In this document: positions 19,810-29,980 of the stretch, in pieces
Position numbering within the stretch: position 1 is the stretch's first letter
Layout: every line of letters starts with the position of its first letter
NCBI GenBank assembly: GCA_964529415.1
Contig: CAZGWD010000013.1
Location: 29,466-93,465, forward strand
Reading direction: 5' to 3'
Source of the DNA: an uncultured Leptospirales bacterium
Lineage (GTDB): Bacteria > Spirochaetota > UBA4802 > UBA5550
Length of the DNA stretch: 64,000 nt
The notes under the pieces: generated by a model
The model's input: only the letters and a program-made list of their open reading frames with translations
What the model was told of the DNA's origin: nothing
Databases searched by the model: none
Position numbers and translations under genes: made by a program

Positions 19810-20649
19810 ATGATAAAATTTTTAAAAATGCAGGGCACAGGAAATGATTTTATATATATTGATGCACTTAAGCAAACAATTGCCAAACCGGAATCGCTGG
19901 CTGTTAAAATGTGCGACAGACATTACGGCATCGGCGCTGATGGACTTATTCTTATTCTGAAATCAAACAAGGCTGATTTTAAGATGAGAATTTTTAACTC
20001 GGATGGAAGTGAAGCTGAAATGTGCGGTAACGGCATAAGATGCTTTGCGAAATATGTATATGATAACGGGCTGATATCAAAAAAAAATATTACAGTTGAG
20101 ACACTTGCAGGCATTCAGGCTCTTCAGCTGTTTTTAAAAAACAAGAAAGTTGATAAAGTTACAGTTGATATGGGTGAGCCAATTTTATTGAGGGAAAGAA
20201 TCCCTATGCTTGGTGATCCAGGCATGGTGATTGATGAGATCCTTCAGCTTGATGATGGAGCTAAGTTCAATATAACATCTGTATCCATGGGAAATCCTCA
20301 TGTTGTAATTTTTGTTGAAGATATAGAAAATTTTCCTGTTGAAAAATATGGAAGAATGATCGAGAATCATTCTTTATTTCCTAAAAGAACAAACGTTGAA
20401 TTTGTTAAAGTCGTTAATGATGGAGATGTGATTCAAAGGACTTGGGAACGGGGAGCTGGTGAAACTTTTTCATGCGGTACAGGCGCTTTAGCTGTTACTG
20501 TAGCGTGTATATTGAATAAAAAGACATCCAGGAAAATAAAAATACAATTAACAGGCGGCGAGCTGCTCACGCAATGGGATGAAAAAGATAATCATGTTTA
20601 TCTTACAGGCCCTGCTGTTGAGGTTTTCAGCGGAGTCTGGAAAGATTAA
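19810..20649 (+). CDS. dapF: diaminopimelate epimerase
   Basis: MIKFLKMQGTGNDFIYID, active-site NSDGSEAEMCGNG and second-half GAGETFSCGTGA motifs. Confidence 0.9.
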   Translation: MIKFLKMQGTGNDFIYIDALKQTIAKPESLAVKMCDRHYGIGADGLILILKSNKADFKMRIFNSDGSEAEMCGNGIRCFAKYVYDNGLISKKNITVETLAGIQALQLFLKNKKVDKVTVDMGEPILLRERIPMLGDPGMVIDEILQLDDGAKFNITSVSMGNPHVVIFVEDIENFPVEKYGRMIENHSLFPKRTNVEFVKVVNDGDVIQRTWERGAGETFSCGTGALAVTVACILNKKTSRKIKIQLTGGELLTQWDEKDNHVYLTGPAVEVFSGVWKD

Positions 20650-21317
20650 ATATCCTCCCACAGGCGCTTGCCGTAAACACCTGAGTTTAGTATCATAACT
20701 TTTTTTACAGATTTAATGTTTTCTCTGATAGTAGTATCTATTGCTGCCTTGAATTTATCTTCAGAACCTGCTATTATTTTCATATCCTGGTCTAAAATTT
20801 TATTTTCAATATCAATTACACAAATTGAATCACCTTCCCCGTGCATCCATATTTTTTTAATCAGAAGCTCTGAAGGGATAAGTACTGATGTGTTTTCATA
20901 TATAGAACCCCTGGCAACTGTTTTGAATAAATATTTTATGAATCTTTCGTTGTCGGAAAAAGAAGGAGCCATTCTTGTTTCTTTAATCAGATTCTGGCCT
21001 TCAAGAGACGGGAGATACACTGATATTTCTTTCTGGTCGCTCATTGCAGGTATAGATGGGAATATATTGAAAATATTTTTATCTGTAAGGTAGCTGAACA
21101 TTACGTAATCTGCAATGAACAGAAGCGATAAAGAAATTATTAAAAATCTGTTTCTATATTGCATATCAGCTTCAAGTTTTTTCTTTAAAGGCAATAGTTT
21201 TTTATTTATATCATTTATAACAGGAGATATTTTTTCAGATAATTTTTTAATATTTTTTTTGATATAATCAGTAGCTTTGTCGAATTTCTTGGCAATTTTT
21301 TTTAATATTTTTTTCAT
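20646..21317 (-). CDS. hypothetical membrane protein
   Basis: ORF listed to 21341. The internal ATG at 21317 (MKKILKK) is preceded by GGAGG and is the preferred start. There is one TM helix (FLIISLSLLFIADYVMFSYL). Confidence 0.45.
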   Translation of the reverse strand: MKKILKKIAKKFDKATDYIKKNIKKLSEKISPVINDINKKLLPLKKKLEADMQYRNRFLIISLSLLFIADYVMFSYLTDKNIFNIFPSIPAMSDQKEISVYLPSLEGQNLIKETRMAPSFSDNERFIKYLFKTVARGSIYENTSVLIPSELLIKKIWMHGEGDSICVIDIENKILDQDMKIIAGSEDKFKAAIDTTIRENIKSVKKVMILNSGVYGKRLWEDI

Positions 21318-21498
21318 GTATATTTCCTCCAAAAATAGCATAATATTTATAATATGATTTACCTTGCAAGAACTTTTATTGAATAACAGACGGTAAAATC
21401 AATGATTAATTCCTTAATGCCGAGAAAAATTATTTGCAAATAATACATGAAAAAAAATATATAGGCTATTGCATTTTAATATTATTCCGGGGGAATAT

Positions 21499-22122
21499 AT
21501 GATACATAAAAACGTTATAACAGATTTCTCGCCCAAAGAATTTACTCCAGTTTTGGATGAAACCGCTTATGTGCATCCGCTTGCAGCTGTAATAGGAAAT
21601 GTTATTCTCGGCAAAAATGTTATGGTATCGCCTTTCGCATCGATCAGAGGTGATGAGGGGCAGCCGCTTCATGTCGGAGATGATTCAAATGTTCAGGACG
21701 GTGTAATTATACATGCACTTGAAACTGAGCATGAAGGACATCCGGTTGAAAAACATACAGTAAAGGTAAATGGAATATCTTATGGTGTTTACGTGTCCAG
21801 GAATGTTTCTCTGGCGCATCAGGTTCAGATACACGGACCGGCTTTTGTAGGGCATGATTCCTTTATAGGTATGCAGACTCTGGTTTTCAAGGCCAAGGTT
21901 GGAAATAACTGTGTTATAGAACCGGGCTGTATTATTCTCGGAGTTACAATCCCAGACGGACATTATATCCCTGCAGGAAGCGTTGTGAATGAACAGTCAA
22001 AAGCAGATTCACTTGCAAAAAAAATAACAGATGATTATGCATTCAAGGACCTGAACAAGGGAGTAATACATGTTAACGTGAACCTTGCTGCAGGCTACAA
22101 AAAAGCAGATTTAAAACTGTAA
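21499..22122 (+). CDS. gamma-class carbonic anhydrase family / hexapeptide-repeat protein
   Basis: Left-handed beta-helix hexapeptide pattern (VHPLAAVIGNVILGKNVMVSPFASIRGDEG...VGDDSNVQDGVIIH) with His ligand spacing as in gamma-CA/PaaY-like proteins. I set the start to the ATG preceded by GGGGGA. Confidence 0.55.
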   Translation: MIHKNVITDFSPKEFTPVLDETAYVHPLAAVIGNVILGKNVMVSPFASIRGDEGQPLHVGDDSNVQDGVIIHALETEHEGHPVEKHTVKVNGISYGVYVSRNVSLAHQVQIHGPAFVGHDSFIGMQTLVFKAKVGNNCVIEPGCIILGVTIPDGHYIPAGSVVNEQSKADSLAKKITDDYAFKDLNKGVIHVNVNLAAGYKKADLKL

Positions 22123-22157
22123 TTTGATCTTTTGCTAATATACAGGTATTATTAAAG

Positions 22158-22195
22158 AAGCTGATTTCATTTTAATCAGCTTCATATTTTTTATT
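22158..22195 (+). terminator. rho-independent terminator
   Basis: aagctgatt-tcatttta-aatcagctt hairpin followed by a T-rich run, 36 nt after the stop at 22122. Confidence 0.65.
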
Positions 22196-22224
22196 TATGT
22201 AGTTTTTACTTAAATATTATTAGT

Positions 22225-22689
22225 ATGATGAATGATATAGATTACATGAAAGCCGCGCTTAACGAAGCGCAGATTGCATTCTCTGAAGAGGAAATTCCTG
22301 TTGGTGCTGTTATTGTTAAAAACGGGAAAATTATATCAGCCGGAAGAAACTCAAACAGGATGGAAAACTCTCCAACACGTCATGCTGAAATAAGCGCAAT
22401 TGAAAAAGCAGCAAAAGTTCTTGGAAATGAAAGACTTACAGGCTGTACTCTTTTTGTGACAAAGGAGCCATGCGCTATGTGTTCAGGAGCAATTGTTCAC
22501 TCAAGAATTGAAAGGGTTGTGATCGGATCAGCTGATATAAAGTACGGTGCATGCGGAACTGTATTGAATGTCTGCGGAAATAAAATAATGAATCATGTTC
22601 CGGAAATAGTTTTCGGCGTGCTTGAAGAGGAATGTACTGAATTGATAAAGAAATTTTTTATTAAGCTACGAGGAAGAGATAACCTTTAA
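22225..22689 (+). CDS. tadA: tRNA-specific adenosine deaminase
   Basis: CDA fold zinc motifs HAEISAIEKA and PCAMCSGAI in a 154-aa protein. Confidence 0.85.
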   Translation: MMNDIDYMKAALNEAQIAFSEEEIPVGAVIVKNGKIISAGRNSNRMENSPTRHAEISAIEKAAKVLGNERLTGCTLFVTKEPCAMCSGAIVHSRIERVVIGSADIKYGACGTVLNVCGNKIMNHVPEIVFGVLEEECTELIKKFFIKLRGRDNL

Positions 22690-23565
22690 TTTTTCAAGCA
22701 GAGCTTTGGCAGGATTTGATAAGGTTCTGTTTTTCTGATATACCGCATAGAAATCTCTGGTGATGCTGAAGTCGTCAATCTTAATGATTTTTAATTTTTT
22801 CAGTGAAACTTCTCTCTTAATGGCGAGGCTCGATATAAATGATACGCCAATGCCTGCAATTACCGATTCTTTTACTCCTTCAGAAGTTGATGATTCAAAA
22901 ACGATGTTCATTTTAGAATGGGTAATTCCCTTTGAGGAAAGGTTATTCTCGTAAGCTGTTCTTGTTCCTGAGCCATTTTCCCTTGAGATAAATTTTATTT
23001 TATGCAGATCGTTAATTTTTATTTTATCAGGAAAATCTGCAGGGCCGATTAAAACAATTTCATCACTGCTGATTTTTATATAGCTGAGAAGCTTATGTTT
23101 TAAATTTTTACCGACAATGCCTATTTCCGCTGTACCTTCTTTTACGCTCTCAACTGCCTCGCGGCTGTCGGATATTATTATTTTGTAATAGTATCCCAGA
23201 TTTATTTTTTTTACAAACGCAATTGCTTCAGGCAGAATGTATGTGGAAGGTATGGTGCTTGATGCAATGATTATTTTCCCGTCTGTTTTTTCTTTTTGAA
23301 AATCGTTCTGTATCGAATTGATTTCAGCTGAAAATTTATCGCAGAATTTTTTAAATATAAGCCCTTCCTGGGTTAATGAAAGATCTTTTCCTTTTCTATT
23401 AAATAATGTAACGCCGAAAGTATCTTCCAGGCCTGCAATATGATGGCTGATTGTTGCCTGGCCTATTTTGAGTTTCCTCGAAGCTTTTGTGAAGCTGTTT
23501 TCGTTTACTGTTTCAACGAAAGAATGGATCTGCTTGAAATCGAAATTGAAGTCTTTGTTTTTCAT
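22666..23565 (-). CDS. LysR-family transcriptional regulator
   Basis: N-terminal HTH FSFTKASRKLKIGQATISHHIAGLEDTFGVTLFNR plus a LysR substrate-binding domain. The 3' end overlaps the tadA 3' end convergently. Confidence 0.8.
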   Translation of the reverse strand: MKNKDFNFDFKQIHSFVETVNENSFTKASRKLKIGQATISHHIAGLEDTFGVTLFNRKGKDLSLTQEGLIFKKFCDKFSAEINSIQNDFQKEKTDGKIIIASSTIPSTYILPEAIAFVKKINLGYYYKIIISDSREAVESVKEGTAEIGIVGKNLKHKLLSYIKISSDEIVLIGPADFPDKIKINDLHKIKFISRENGSGTRTAYENNLSSKGITHSKMNIVFESSTSEGVKESVIAGIGVSFISSLAIKREVSLKKLKIIKIDDFSITRDFYAVYQKNRTLSNPAKALLEKLKVISSS

Positions 23566-23744
23566 ATGAAGAAGTTTAAAACCAGTGTATAAAAAATAAA
23601 GTAAAAAATATATTATTTTACATTTTGTTAAACGAATAATCCTTTACATAATATGATATTATTGCTTATAATTCCATTGGTAATTTTAAATTAACAGCCT
23701 GCAATTTTTTTATAGAAATTATTAATTTTTACAGGAGGAAAAAA

Positions 23745-24206
23745 TTGAATATAAAAAATGTCTCTATAATTTTATTATTATTTATAGCACAATTTTCGTG
23801 CGGGAAAAAAACTGCGGGTACTCCTGAAGAAGTTTTTGAAAAGCTTGCAAAAACAGATAATTATAATGAGGCAAAATTATATTTTACAAACGGCACAATT
23901 AAACTGGTGGATTCAGCTGTATCAAAAGGTATGCTTGATGAAAAGGACAGAACGGATTTTCTTCACCTGTTCAATAAAAAAACAAAGTGGGTTATAACCA
24001 ATACTTCGAATTACGGAAATGCAGCAGGGATTACTCTTCGTTTTACGAAACATCCTGTAGAAAATCTGAAAGGAACTGATATGACATATAATCTTGTAAA
24101 AGAAGACGGCTCCTGGAAGATTGATCTTGAAAAGGAGATGAAAGATTCTCTTTCGTCTTATACGCCGAATGATGCTGAGAAATATTTGAAAGATATGCTG
24201 AAATAA
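23745..24206 (+). CDS. hypothetical lipoprotein
   Basis: Signal peptide with a lipobox (LLLFIAQFSCGKK). Confidence 0.4.
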   Translation: MNIKNVSIILLLFIAQFSCGKKTAGTPEEVFEKLAKTDNYNEAKLYFTNGTIKLVDSAVSKGMLDEKDRTDFLHLFNKKTKWVITNTSNYGNAAGITLRFTKHPVENLKGTDMTYNLVKEDGSWKIDLEKEMKDSLSSYTPNDAEKYLKDMLK

Positions 24207-24234
24207 ACTTTATAAGATTTTAAAATACACAATG

Positions 24235-24642
24235 GAACGCGGATGACGCGGATGATTATGATGATCGCGGATTTTTAAAGGATTTTAAGGGGTTTAGTAA
24301 TCCCCCCGTCCCCCAAAGGGGGCGAGTAGGAGTGGAATACAGGTGTTTTTTGAAAACCAAAGAAATATAGTACCTGCTTATATTTTTGAGCTTGTAGGAA
24401 ATCTATAAATCTATATGACAGAAACAAGATTGTATTTCTGATAAGTCTTGAAATAGAAACTTTGTGTATTGAAGTTGAATATGATAATATACGGTTTATA
24501 AATGAAGTTATAATTAATGACGTGCCCCCTTCGGGGGTCAGGGGGTTTTGAATAAAAAAAAGATATAAGAGGGCATGAGAATTTAATTGATAATTTTATT
24601 TTTATCTTAATAAATCATAAACAATCCGCGTCATCCGCGTTC
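24235..24642. mobile_element. MITE-like nested inverted-repeat element (copy 2 of the GC-hairpin element inside 19-bp perfect TIRs)
   Basis: Perfect 19-bp terminal inverted repeats gaacgcggatgacgcggat (24235-24253) and atccgcgtcatccgcgttc (24624-24642). Inside them, GC-hairpin arms at 24302-24326 and 24522-24545 are homologous to those at 4186-4210 and 4358-4383. No ORF. Confidence 0.45.
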
Positions 24643-24671
24643 TATTGCTTTTTTTTTGAGAAGATAAAATT

Positions 24672-25226
24672 TCAGTAGTTCGATATGGCGAGGTTGAGAA
24701 TAATATCTTCCATCATCTCTTTGGCTTCAATGCTCTCAGGGTTCATCTGCATATAGTTCTGGCATGAAATAAGCGCCATGAATAGCGATCCTGCTTCAAT
24801 GTATAGGCTGATCAGATTTAAATGTGTCTCGTCAATGTCCGGTTCGCTTTCAAGAGATTTTGTGTAATTGTAAACTGCTTTTTCAAAATCGCCCATTTCC
24901 CAGAAAACTCCTGCTAAATTTGCAAGTGTAATCGCATCGTCCGGATTGTGGCGCAGGGCTTTTTCAAGAACAATTTTTGATTCATCAAGCTTGCCCAATT
25001 CGCAGAGACTGATTCCAAGGCCGTTTAAAATGTCGGGGTCTGTATCGTCTATGGACGCTCCGAGGCTGAAAAGCTTTAATGCTTCCTCGTAATTTCCATT
25101 TTCTACAAATTCATATCCTGTATCTATGAGAAGATTGGGATCATTTTCGAAATCGTCTATATCGAGAGATTCTTCTCTCATGAGCAGGTTTTTTAAGTTG
25201 CTGTTGAATCTCTGTTTATCTTTCAT
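24672..25226 (-). CDS. TPR-repeat protein
   Basis: Multiple TPR-like helical repeats (YEEALKLFSLGASID, GLGISLCELGKLDESKIVLEKALRHNPDD, ANLAGVFWEMGDFEKAVYNYTKSLE). Confidence 0.6.
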   Translation of the reverse strand: MKDKQRFNSNLKNLLMREESLDIDDFENDPNLLIDTGYEFVENGNYEEALKLFSLGASIDDTDPDILNGLGISLCELGKLDESKIVLEKALRHNPDDAITLANLAGVFWEMGDFEKAVYNYTKSLESEPDIDETHLNLISLYIEAGSLFMALISCQNYMQMNPESIEAKEMMEDIILNLAISNY

Positions 25227-25751
25227 AGTTTTCTTTTTGGCTTAAAATCAGCCTAAAATGTAATATATCTTCAGAGTTATATTTTGTCAAGGATATTAGA
25301 CTTATTTTAAATTTTAGGGCTCAAATGCAGCTAATCGCATTTCGGCTACACTCAATGTGCGGTTATTGGTGCTTTGGAAGAGTAGGGCTCTGACCCCGCA
25401 TGATTTTGAAGACTGGTAAAGTTTGGAAAATGGGTTTTTTAATGCAGAGTATGAAAAAGGGGTCAGAGCATCCTTGTTTAATTTATTAAAGTAGACATAT
25501 TTTGAATTATTTATATTAAATTATAATGTTTCGAGGACAGTTGTTTAAAGATAGTAAAGCAATAAAGTTTATTTTAAATGAAATAGTGGACTTCCTGAAA
25601 AAGAGTACGGATGCTCTGACCCTTATTACCCTGAAAACGATCCAATTACCCCTTTCATAATATTAATCAATAAATCATCTTATAAATCTTGACTATTTAT
25701 AAAATAAACATAAATTTGTAATTAATACACATTCACAGGAGTTTTTGATAA

Positions 25752-28700
25752 ATGGCAAATATAAATGCGGCTGAGAGCCGTTTTTTCATTGGTATAGATT
25801 TAGGTTCTGTAACAGTAAAAGTTGTACTGCTTGATTCAGGGAAGAATGTCCTTGAGAAATTCTATCTCAGGCATAAAGGACACCCCGGACAGGAATTGCT
25901 GAAAATTCTTGAGGGCCTACTCGACAAATATCCGGCTGAAAAAATTGAAGCAATCGGCATTACAGGTTCCGGAGGCAAACGCCTTGCAAAGGTTCTGGGC
26001 GGAGTTTTTATAAATGAAGTTATTTCAGAGACAATAGCTGTAAGCTCGCTATATCCGGCAGTGAAAACAATTATAAATATCGGCGGGCAGGATTCGAAGC
26101 TGATTCTGGTTGACGGCAAGGCTGAACCAGGAAAATTCATTCTGGAAAATTTTTCCATGAATACCCTGTGCGCTGCAGGAACAGGCGCGTTTCTTGAGCA
26201 GCAGGCAGCGAGGCTTGGAATTTCCATAGAAGATGAATTCGGCGACATGGCTCTCAAGTCAAAGAATCCTCCGAGAATAGCGGGACGCTGTTCTGTTTTT
26301 GCAAAAAGCGACATGATACACCTTCAGCAGAAAGGCACAGCGGATTACGATATAGTTGCAGGACTGTGTTATGCCATGGCGAGAAATTTCAAGGCAACCA
26401 TCGGCAAGAACATGAAGTTTGAAAAGGATGTTGCATTCATCGGCGGTGTTGCGCGCAACAAGGGCATGGTCAAGGCATTCGAGGATGTTCTTGAAATAGG
26501 CGAAGGCAGCCTTGTCATTCCGGAAAACAATGCGCTCATAGGTGCGATTGGAGCTGCGTATAATGTAATTGACAGAACTGATCTTGAATTTATCGGGCTT
26601 GGCGAAATCAGGAAATATCTTAAAGAGCTGGTTGATCTTGATAAGGGGCATGAGCCTCTTTTCCTGAGAGAAGACCATCTTCTTTCAAAAGAAGAGACAA
26701 TTGAGTTTCACAAACCAGGCGAAAAAGTAAATGCGTATTTAGGGGTTGATGTGGGGTCCATCAGCACCAATGTGGTTTTAATAGATGAAAAAAAGCGAGT
26801 GCTTGCAAAAGCATATCTAAGAACCGGCGGAAAACCTATAGACGCAGTAAAACGCGGACTTCAGGAAATTTCAAACGACATCGGCGATTATGTTAATATT
26901 ATCGGCGCGTGCACAACAGGTTCAGGCAGATATCTCACAGGTGATTTTATCGGAGCGGATCTTGTTAAAGATGAAATTACAGCTCACGCACGCGGCGCGA
27001 TTGAAATAGATAAAGATGTAGACACAATTTTTGAAATAGGCGGGCAGGATTCAAAATACATCAGCATTGAAAACGGAGCTATTGTCGATTTCGAGATGAA
27101 CAAGGTTTGTGCTGCAGGAACAGGTTCATTTCTTGAAGAGCAGGCTGAGAGGCTTGGAGTTTCCATTCAGGATGAATTCAGCGATCTGGCTTTATGCGCG
27201 AAGGATCCGAGCAGATGCGGTGAAAGATGCACAGTATTTATGGAATCTGATCTTGTGCATCATCAGCAGAAGGGAGCGCAGAAAGAGGACATCATTGCAG
27301 GCTTGAGTTATTCTATTGCGTACAATTTTATAAATAAGGTTGTTGAGGACAGGAGAATCGGCAATCATATTTTCTTTCAGGGGGGAGTTGCATACAACAA
27401 GGGTGTTGTTGCAGCATTTGAAAAGGTAACGGGAAAGCTTGTTACAGTTCCGCCTCACCATGAGGTAATGGGTGCTTTCGGAGCTGCATTGCTTGCTATG
27501 GATAATGACCAGGGTGTTGTGAGCAGATTCAAGGGGTTTGACTGCACAAAAACCGAATATAAAATCACAACTTTTGAATGTCACCACTGCACAAACTTCT
27601 GTACCATAAACCGGGTACTGATAGAAGGGGAAGGCGATTTTTATTACGGAAGCAGATGCGACAGGTACGATATTAAAAAAAGCGAGAAGGTCAGGCATAA
27701 TGTTCCGGATTATTTTGCCGAGAGGGATGATCTTCTTAGAAATACCTATTCTAAAACTGTTCCGGAAGGTAAAGTAAAAGCAAGAATCGGAATACCTTTA
27801 TCAATGACTATTTACGAAGACTATCCGTTCTGGAAAGCGTTTTTCACTGAAATAGGATGCGAGCCGGTTTTATCGGATCCGACAAACAGAAAGCATATCA
27901 ACAGCGGTCTTGAAACTGTAGTTGAAGAAATATGTTTCCCTATGAAAGTTCTGCATGGACATGTGATTGATCTTATCGAAAAGAAAGTGGATTTTATTTT
28001 CATGCCTCAGATGATAGAACTAAATAATACCAATCCCGATATAAAGGGAAGTTTCCTGTGTCCGTATGTTCAGGGAATGCCGGATGTAATACGCACTGCA
28101 TTTGATTTTGATAAAATAGGAATACCTATTCTCAGGCCTGTTATAAAGTTCACTCTCGGGACTTCATTTCTTGAAAATGAGCTGCATAAATCTATAGGTA
28201 AAAAAGTCGGAGTCCGCAAAGGGAAAATTAAAAAAGCCCTGAAGACTGCTTTCAGTTCTCTTGAAAAATTTACAGCATCTGTTCAGGAAGCAGGCGAGAA
28301 AGCACTGAGTGAAATTAAAAAAGATGAAATTGCAGTAGTAATAGTAAGCAGGCCGTACAACGGATGCGACAGGGGAATCAATCTTGATATACCGAGAAAA
28401 TTTTATAATCTCGGAATCAAGGCTATACCAATGGATTATCTTCCGCTTAATTCTTTCTCTGTTGCAAAAGAGCTGCCTAACATGACATGGTGGTTCGGCC
28501 AGAGAATTTTATCAGCTGCAAAAATAATCCGCACGAACCCTAATCTGTATCCGGTTTATATTACTAATTTTGCATGCGGTCCGGATTCGTTTATAATACA
28601 GTACTTCAGGTATCTTATAGGAAACAAACCTACTCTGTATCTTGAGATAGATGAGCATAGCGCTGATGCAGGAATTGTTACCAGATCTGAAGCTTTTATC

Positions 28701-29963
28701 GACAGTTTGAAACATGCTGTTAGAAAAGCGCCGCTTTATAAAAATCTGCCTGAGTCTGTTCCAACGAGCCTTAAGGGCAGAAAATTATATATCCCGTACA
28801 TGGCAGATCACGCTTATGCTTTAAAAGCTGCTTTCAAGGGTAATGGCCTTGATGCGGAAGTTCTTCCTGAAACAGATGATGAAAGCCTTGAGTGGGGAAG
28901 AAAATATACCAACAGCAAGGAATGCTACCCGTACATTGTCACAACCGGCGATATGATCCGGAAATTAAAATCACCGGATTTCGATCCTGAGAAAACAGCA
29001 TTTTTTATGCCTGCATCGAGCAGTTTCTGCAGGCTCAATCATTATGAGTCATCGCAGAGGTTGATATTGCGCGAACTCGGTTATCCTGAAATACCGGTTT
29101 TCTCTCCTGATGCAGAGGACACGCTGTTTTCAGATCTCGACAGCGTTACCGAGGATTTCACAAAAGATGCGTGGAGAGGCGTTGTTGCAATTGATACAAT
29201 TTTTAAAGCACTTCGCGAAACCAAACCGTATGAATTGAACAAGGGCGAAACAGAAAAAGTTTACAGACGCGGCCTTGAGATGATCTGCAAAACTGTTGAA
29301 GAAAAAGGCGATCTTGTCAACACAATGAAAATAGTCCGCAGGGAATTTGATACAATTAAAACTGATAAAAGTAAAAAGAAACCTCTAATCGGCATTGTAG
29401 GTGAACTGTTCCTGAGATGGCATCCTTACAGCAATGCGCGCGTTGTTGAGCTTGTTGAGGAGCTTGGCGGAGAAGCATGGCTGCCTCCATTTTCTGAATC
29501 ATTGTATTATCTTAATGCTCTTGCAATGCATCATTCAAAGATGAAAAAAAATGTTAATGAATATTTAGGAACTTTTATTCAGGATCAGTATCAGCATATA
29601 GTTGACAAAAAACTTTCTGCAACTTTTTCCAATTACATAGTGAATTATCCTGAGCCGCGAATAAAGGATCTGTTTAAAATCAGTATGCCGTATTTCAATC
29701 CTATTGCTGAGAGCGAATCCCCAATGAGTATAGGCAAGTCGGTAAATTTTATTTCGCAGGGCGCGAGCGGTATCATCAATGTTATTCCATTTACATGTAT
29801 GCCCGGAACAATATCTGCGGCAATATTCAAGCGTTTGAAAGAGGATAACAAGGATGTGGCATTTCTTACATTGAAATATGACGGCAGCGGTGATGTTAAT
29901 ATACGCACAAGAGTTGAAGCTTTCATGCATCAGGCTGCGCAGTATGCTGATATGACGAATTAA
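25752..29963 (+). CDS. CoA-substrate-specific enzyme activase-type protein (tandem BadF/BadG/BcrA/BcrD ATPase domains plus HgdB/DUF2229-like C-terminal region)
   Basis: Two acetate/sugar-kinase-fold ATPase modules, each with GIDLGS/GVDVGS and the [4Fe-4S]-helix motif MNTLCAAGTGAFLEQQA / MNKVCAAGTGSFLEEQA. They are followed by ~800 aa with a CxxC...C region. Total length 1403 aa. Confidence 0.85.
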   Translation: MANINAAESRFFIGIDLGSVTVKVVLLDSGKNVLEKFYLRHKGHPGQELLKILEGLLDKYPAEKIEAIGITGSGGKRLAKVLGGVFINEVISETIAVSSLYPAVKTIINIGGQDSKLILVDGKAEPGKFILENFSMNTLCAAGTGAFLEQQAARLGISIEDEFGDMALKSKNPPRIAGRCSVFAKSDMIHLQQKGTADYDIVAGLCYAMARNFKATIGKNMKFEKDVAFIGGVARNKGMVKAFEDVLEIGEGSLVIPENNALIGAIGAAYNVIDRTDLEFIGLGEIRKYLKELVDLDKGHEPLFLREDHLLSKEETIEFHKPGEKVNAYLGVDVGSISTNVVLIDEKKRVLAKAYLRTGGKPIDAVKRGLQEISNDIGDYVNIIGACTTGSGRYLTGDFIGADLVKDEITAHARGAIEIDKDVDTIFEIGGQDSKYISIENGAIVDFEMNKVCAAGTGSFLEEQAERLGVSIQDEFSDLALCAKDPSRCGERCTVFMESDLVHHQQKGAQKEDIIAGLSYSIAYNFINKVVEDRRIGNHIFFQGGVAYNKGVVAAFEKVTGKLVTVPPHHEVMGAFGAALLAMDNDQGVVSRFKGFDCTKTEYKITTFECHHCTNFCTINRVLIEGEGDFYYGSRCDRYDIKKSEKVRHNVPDYFAERDDLLRNTYSKTVPEGKVKARIGIPLSMTIYEDYPFWKAFFTEIGCEPVLSDPTNRKHINSGLETVVEEICFPMKVLHGHVIDLIEKKVDFIFMPQMIELNNTNPDIKGSFLCPYVQGMPDVIRTAFDFDKIGIPILRPVIKFTLGTSFLENELHKSIGKKVGVRKGKIKKALKTAFSSLEKFTASVQEAGEKALSEIKKDEIAVVIVSRPYNGCDRGINLDIPRKFYNLGIKAIPMDYLPLNSFSVAKELPNMTWWFGQRILSAAKIIRTNPNLYPVYITNFACGPDSFIIQYFRYLIGNKPTLYLEIDEHSADAGIVTRSEAFIDSLKHAVRKAPLYKNLPESVPTSLKGRKLYIPYMADHAYALKAAFKGNGLDAEVLPETDDESLEWGRKYTNSKECYPYIVTTGDMIRKLKSPDFDPEKTAFFMPASSSFCRLNHYESSQRLILRELGYPEIPVFSPDAEDTLFSDLDSVTEDFTKDAWRGVVAIDTIFKALRETKPYELNKGETEKVYRRGLEMICKTVEEKGDLVNTMKIVRREFDTIKTDKSKKKPLIGIVGELFLRWHPYSNARVVELVEELGGEAWLPPFSESLYYLNALAMHHSKMKKNVNEYLGTFIQDQYQHIVDKKLSATFSNYIVNYPEPRIKDLFKISMPYFNPIAESESPMSIGKSVNFISQGASGIINVIPFTCMPGTISAAIFKRLKEDNKDVAFLTLKYDGSGDVNIRTRVEAFMHQAAQYADMTN

Positions 29964-29980
29964 TTTAAGGACCGCATTTA

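Noticed and set aside
21318-21341. ATG at 21341 as the start of the minus-strand hypothetical gene (and ATG at 21469 for the gamma-CA-like gene)
   Set aside because: Downstream ATGs (21317; 21499) are preceded by good Shine-Dalgarno sequences (GGAGG; GGGGGA). The extra N-terminal residues look non-native.
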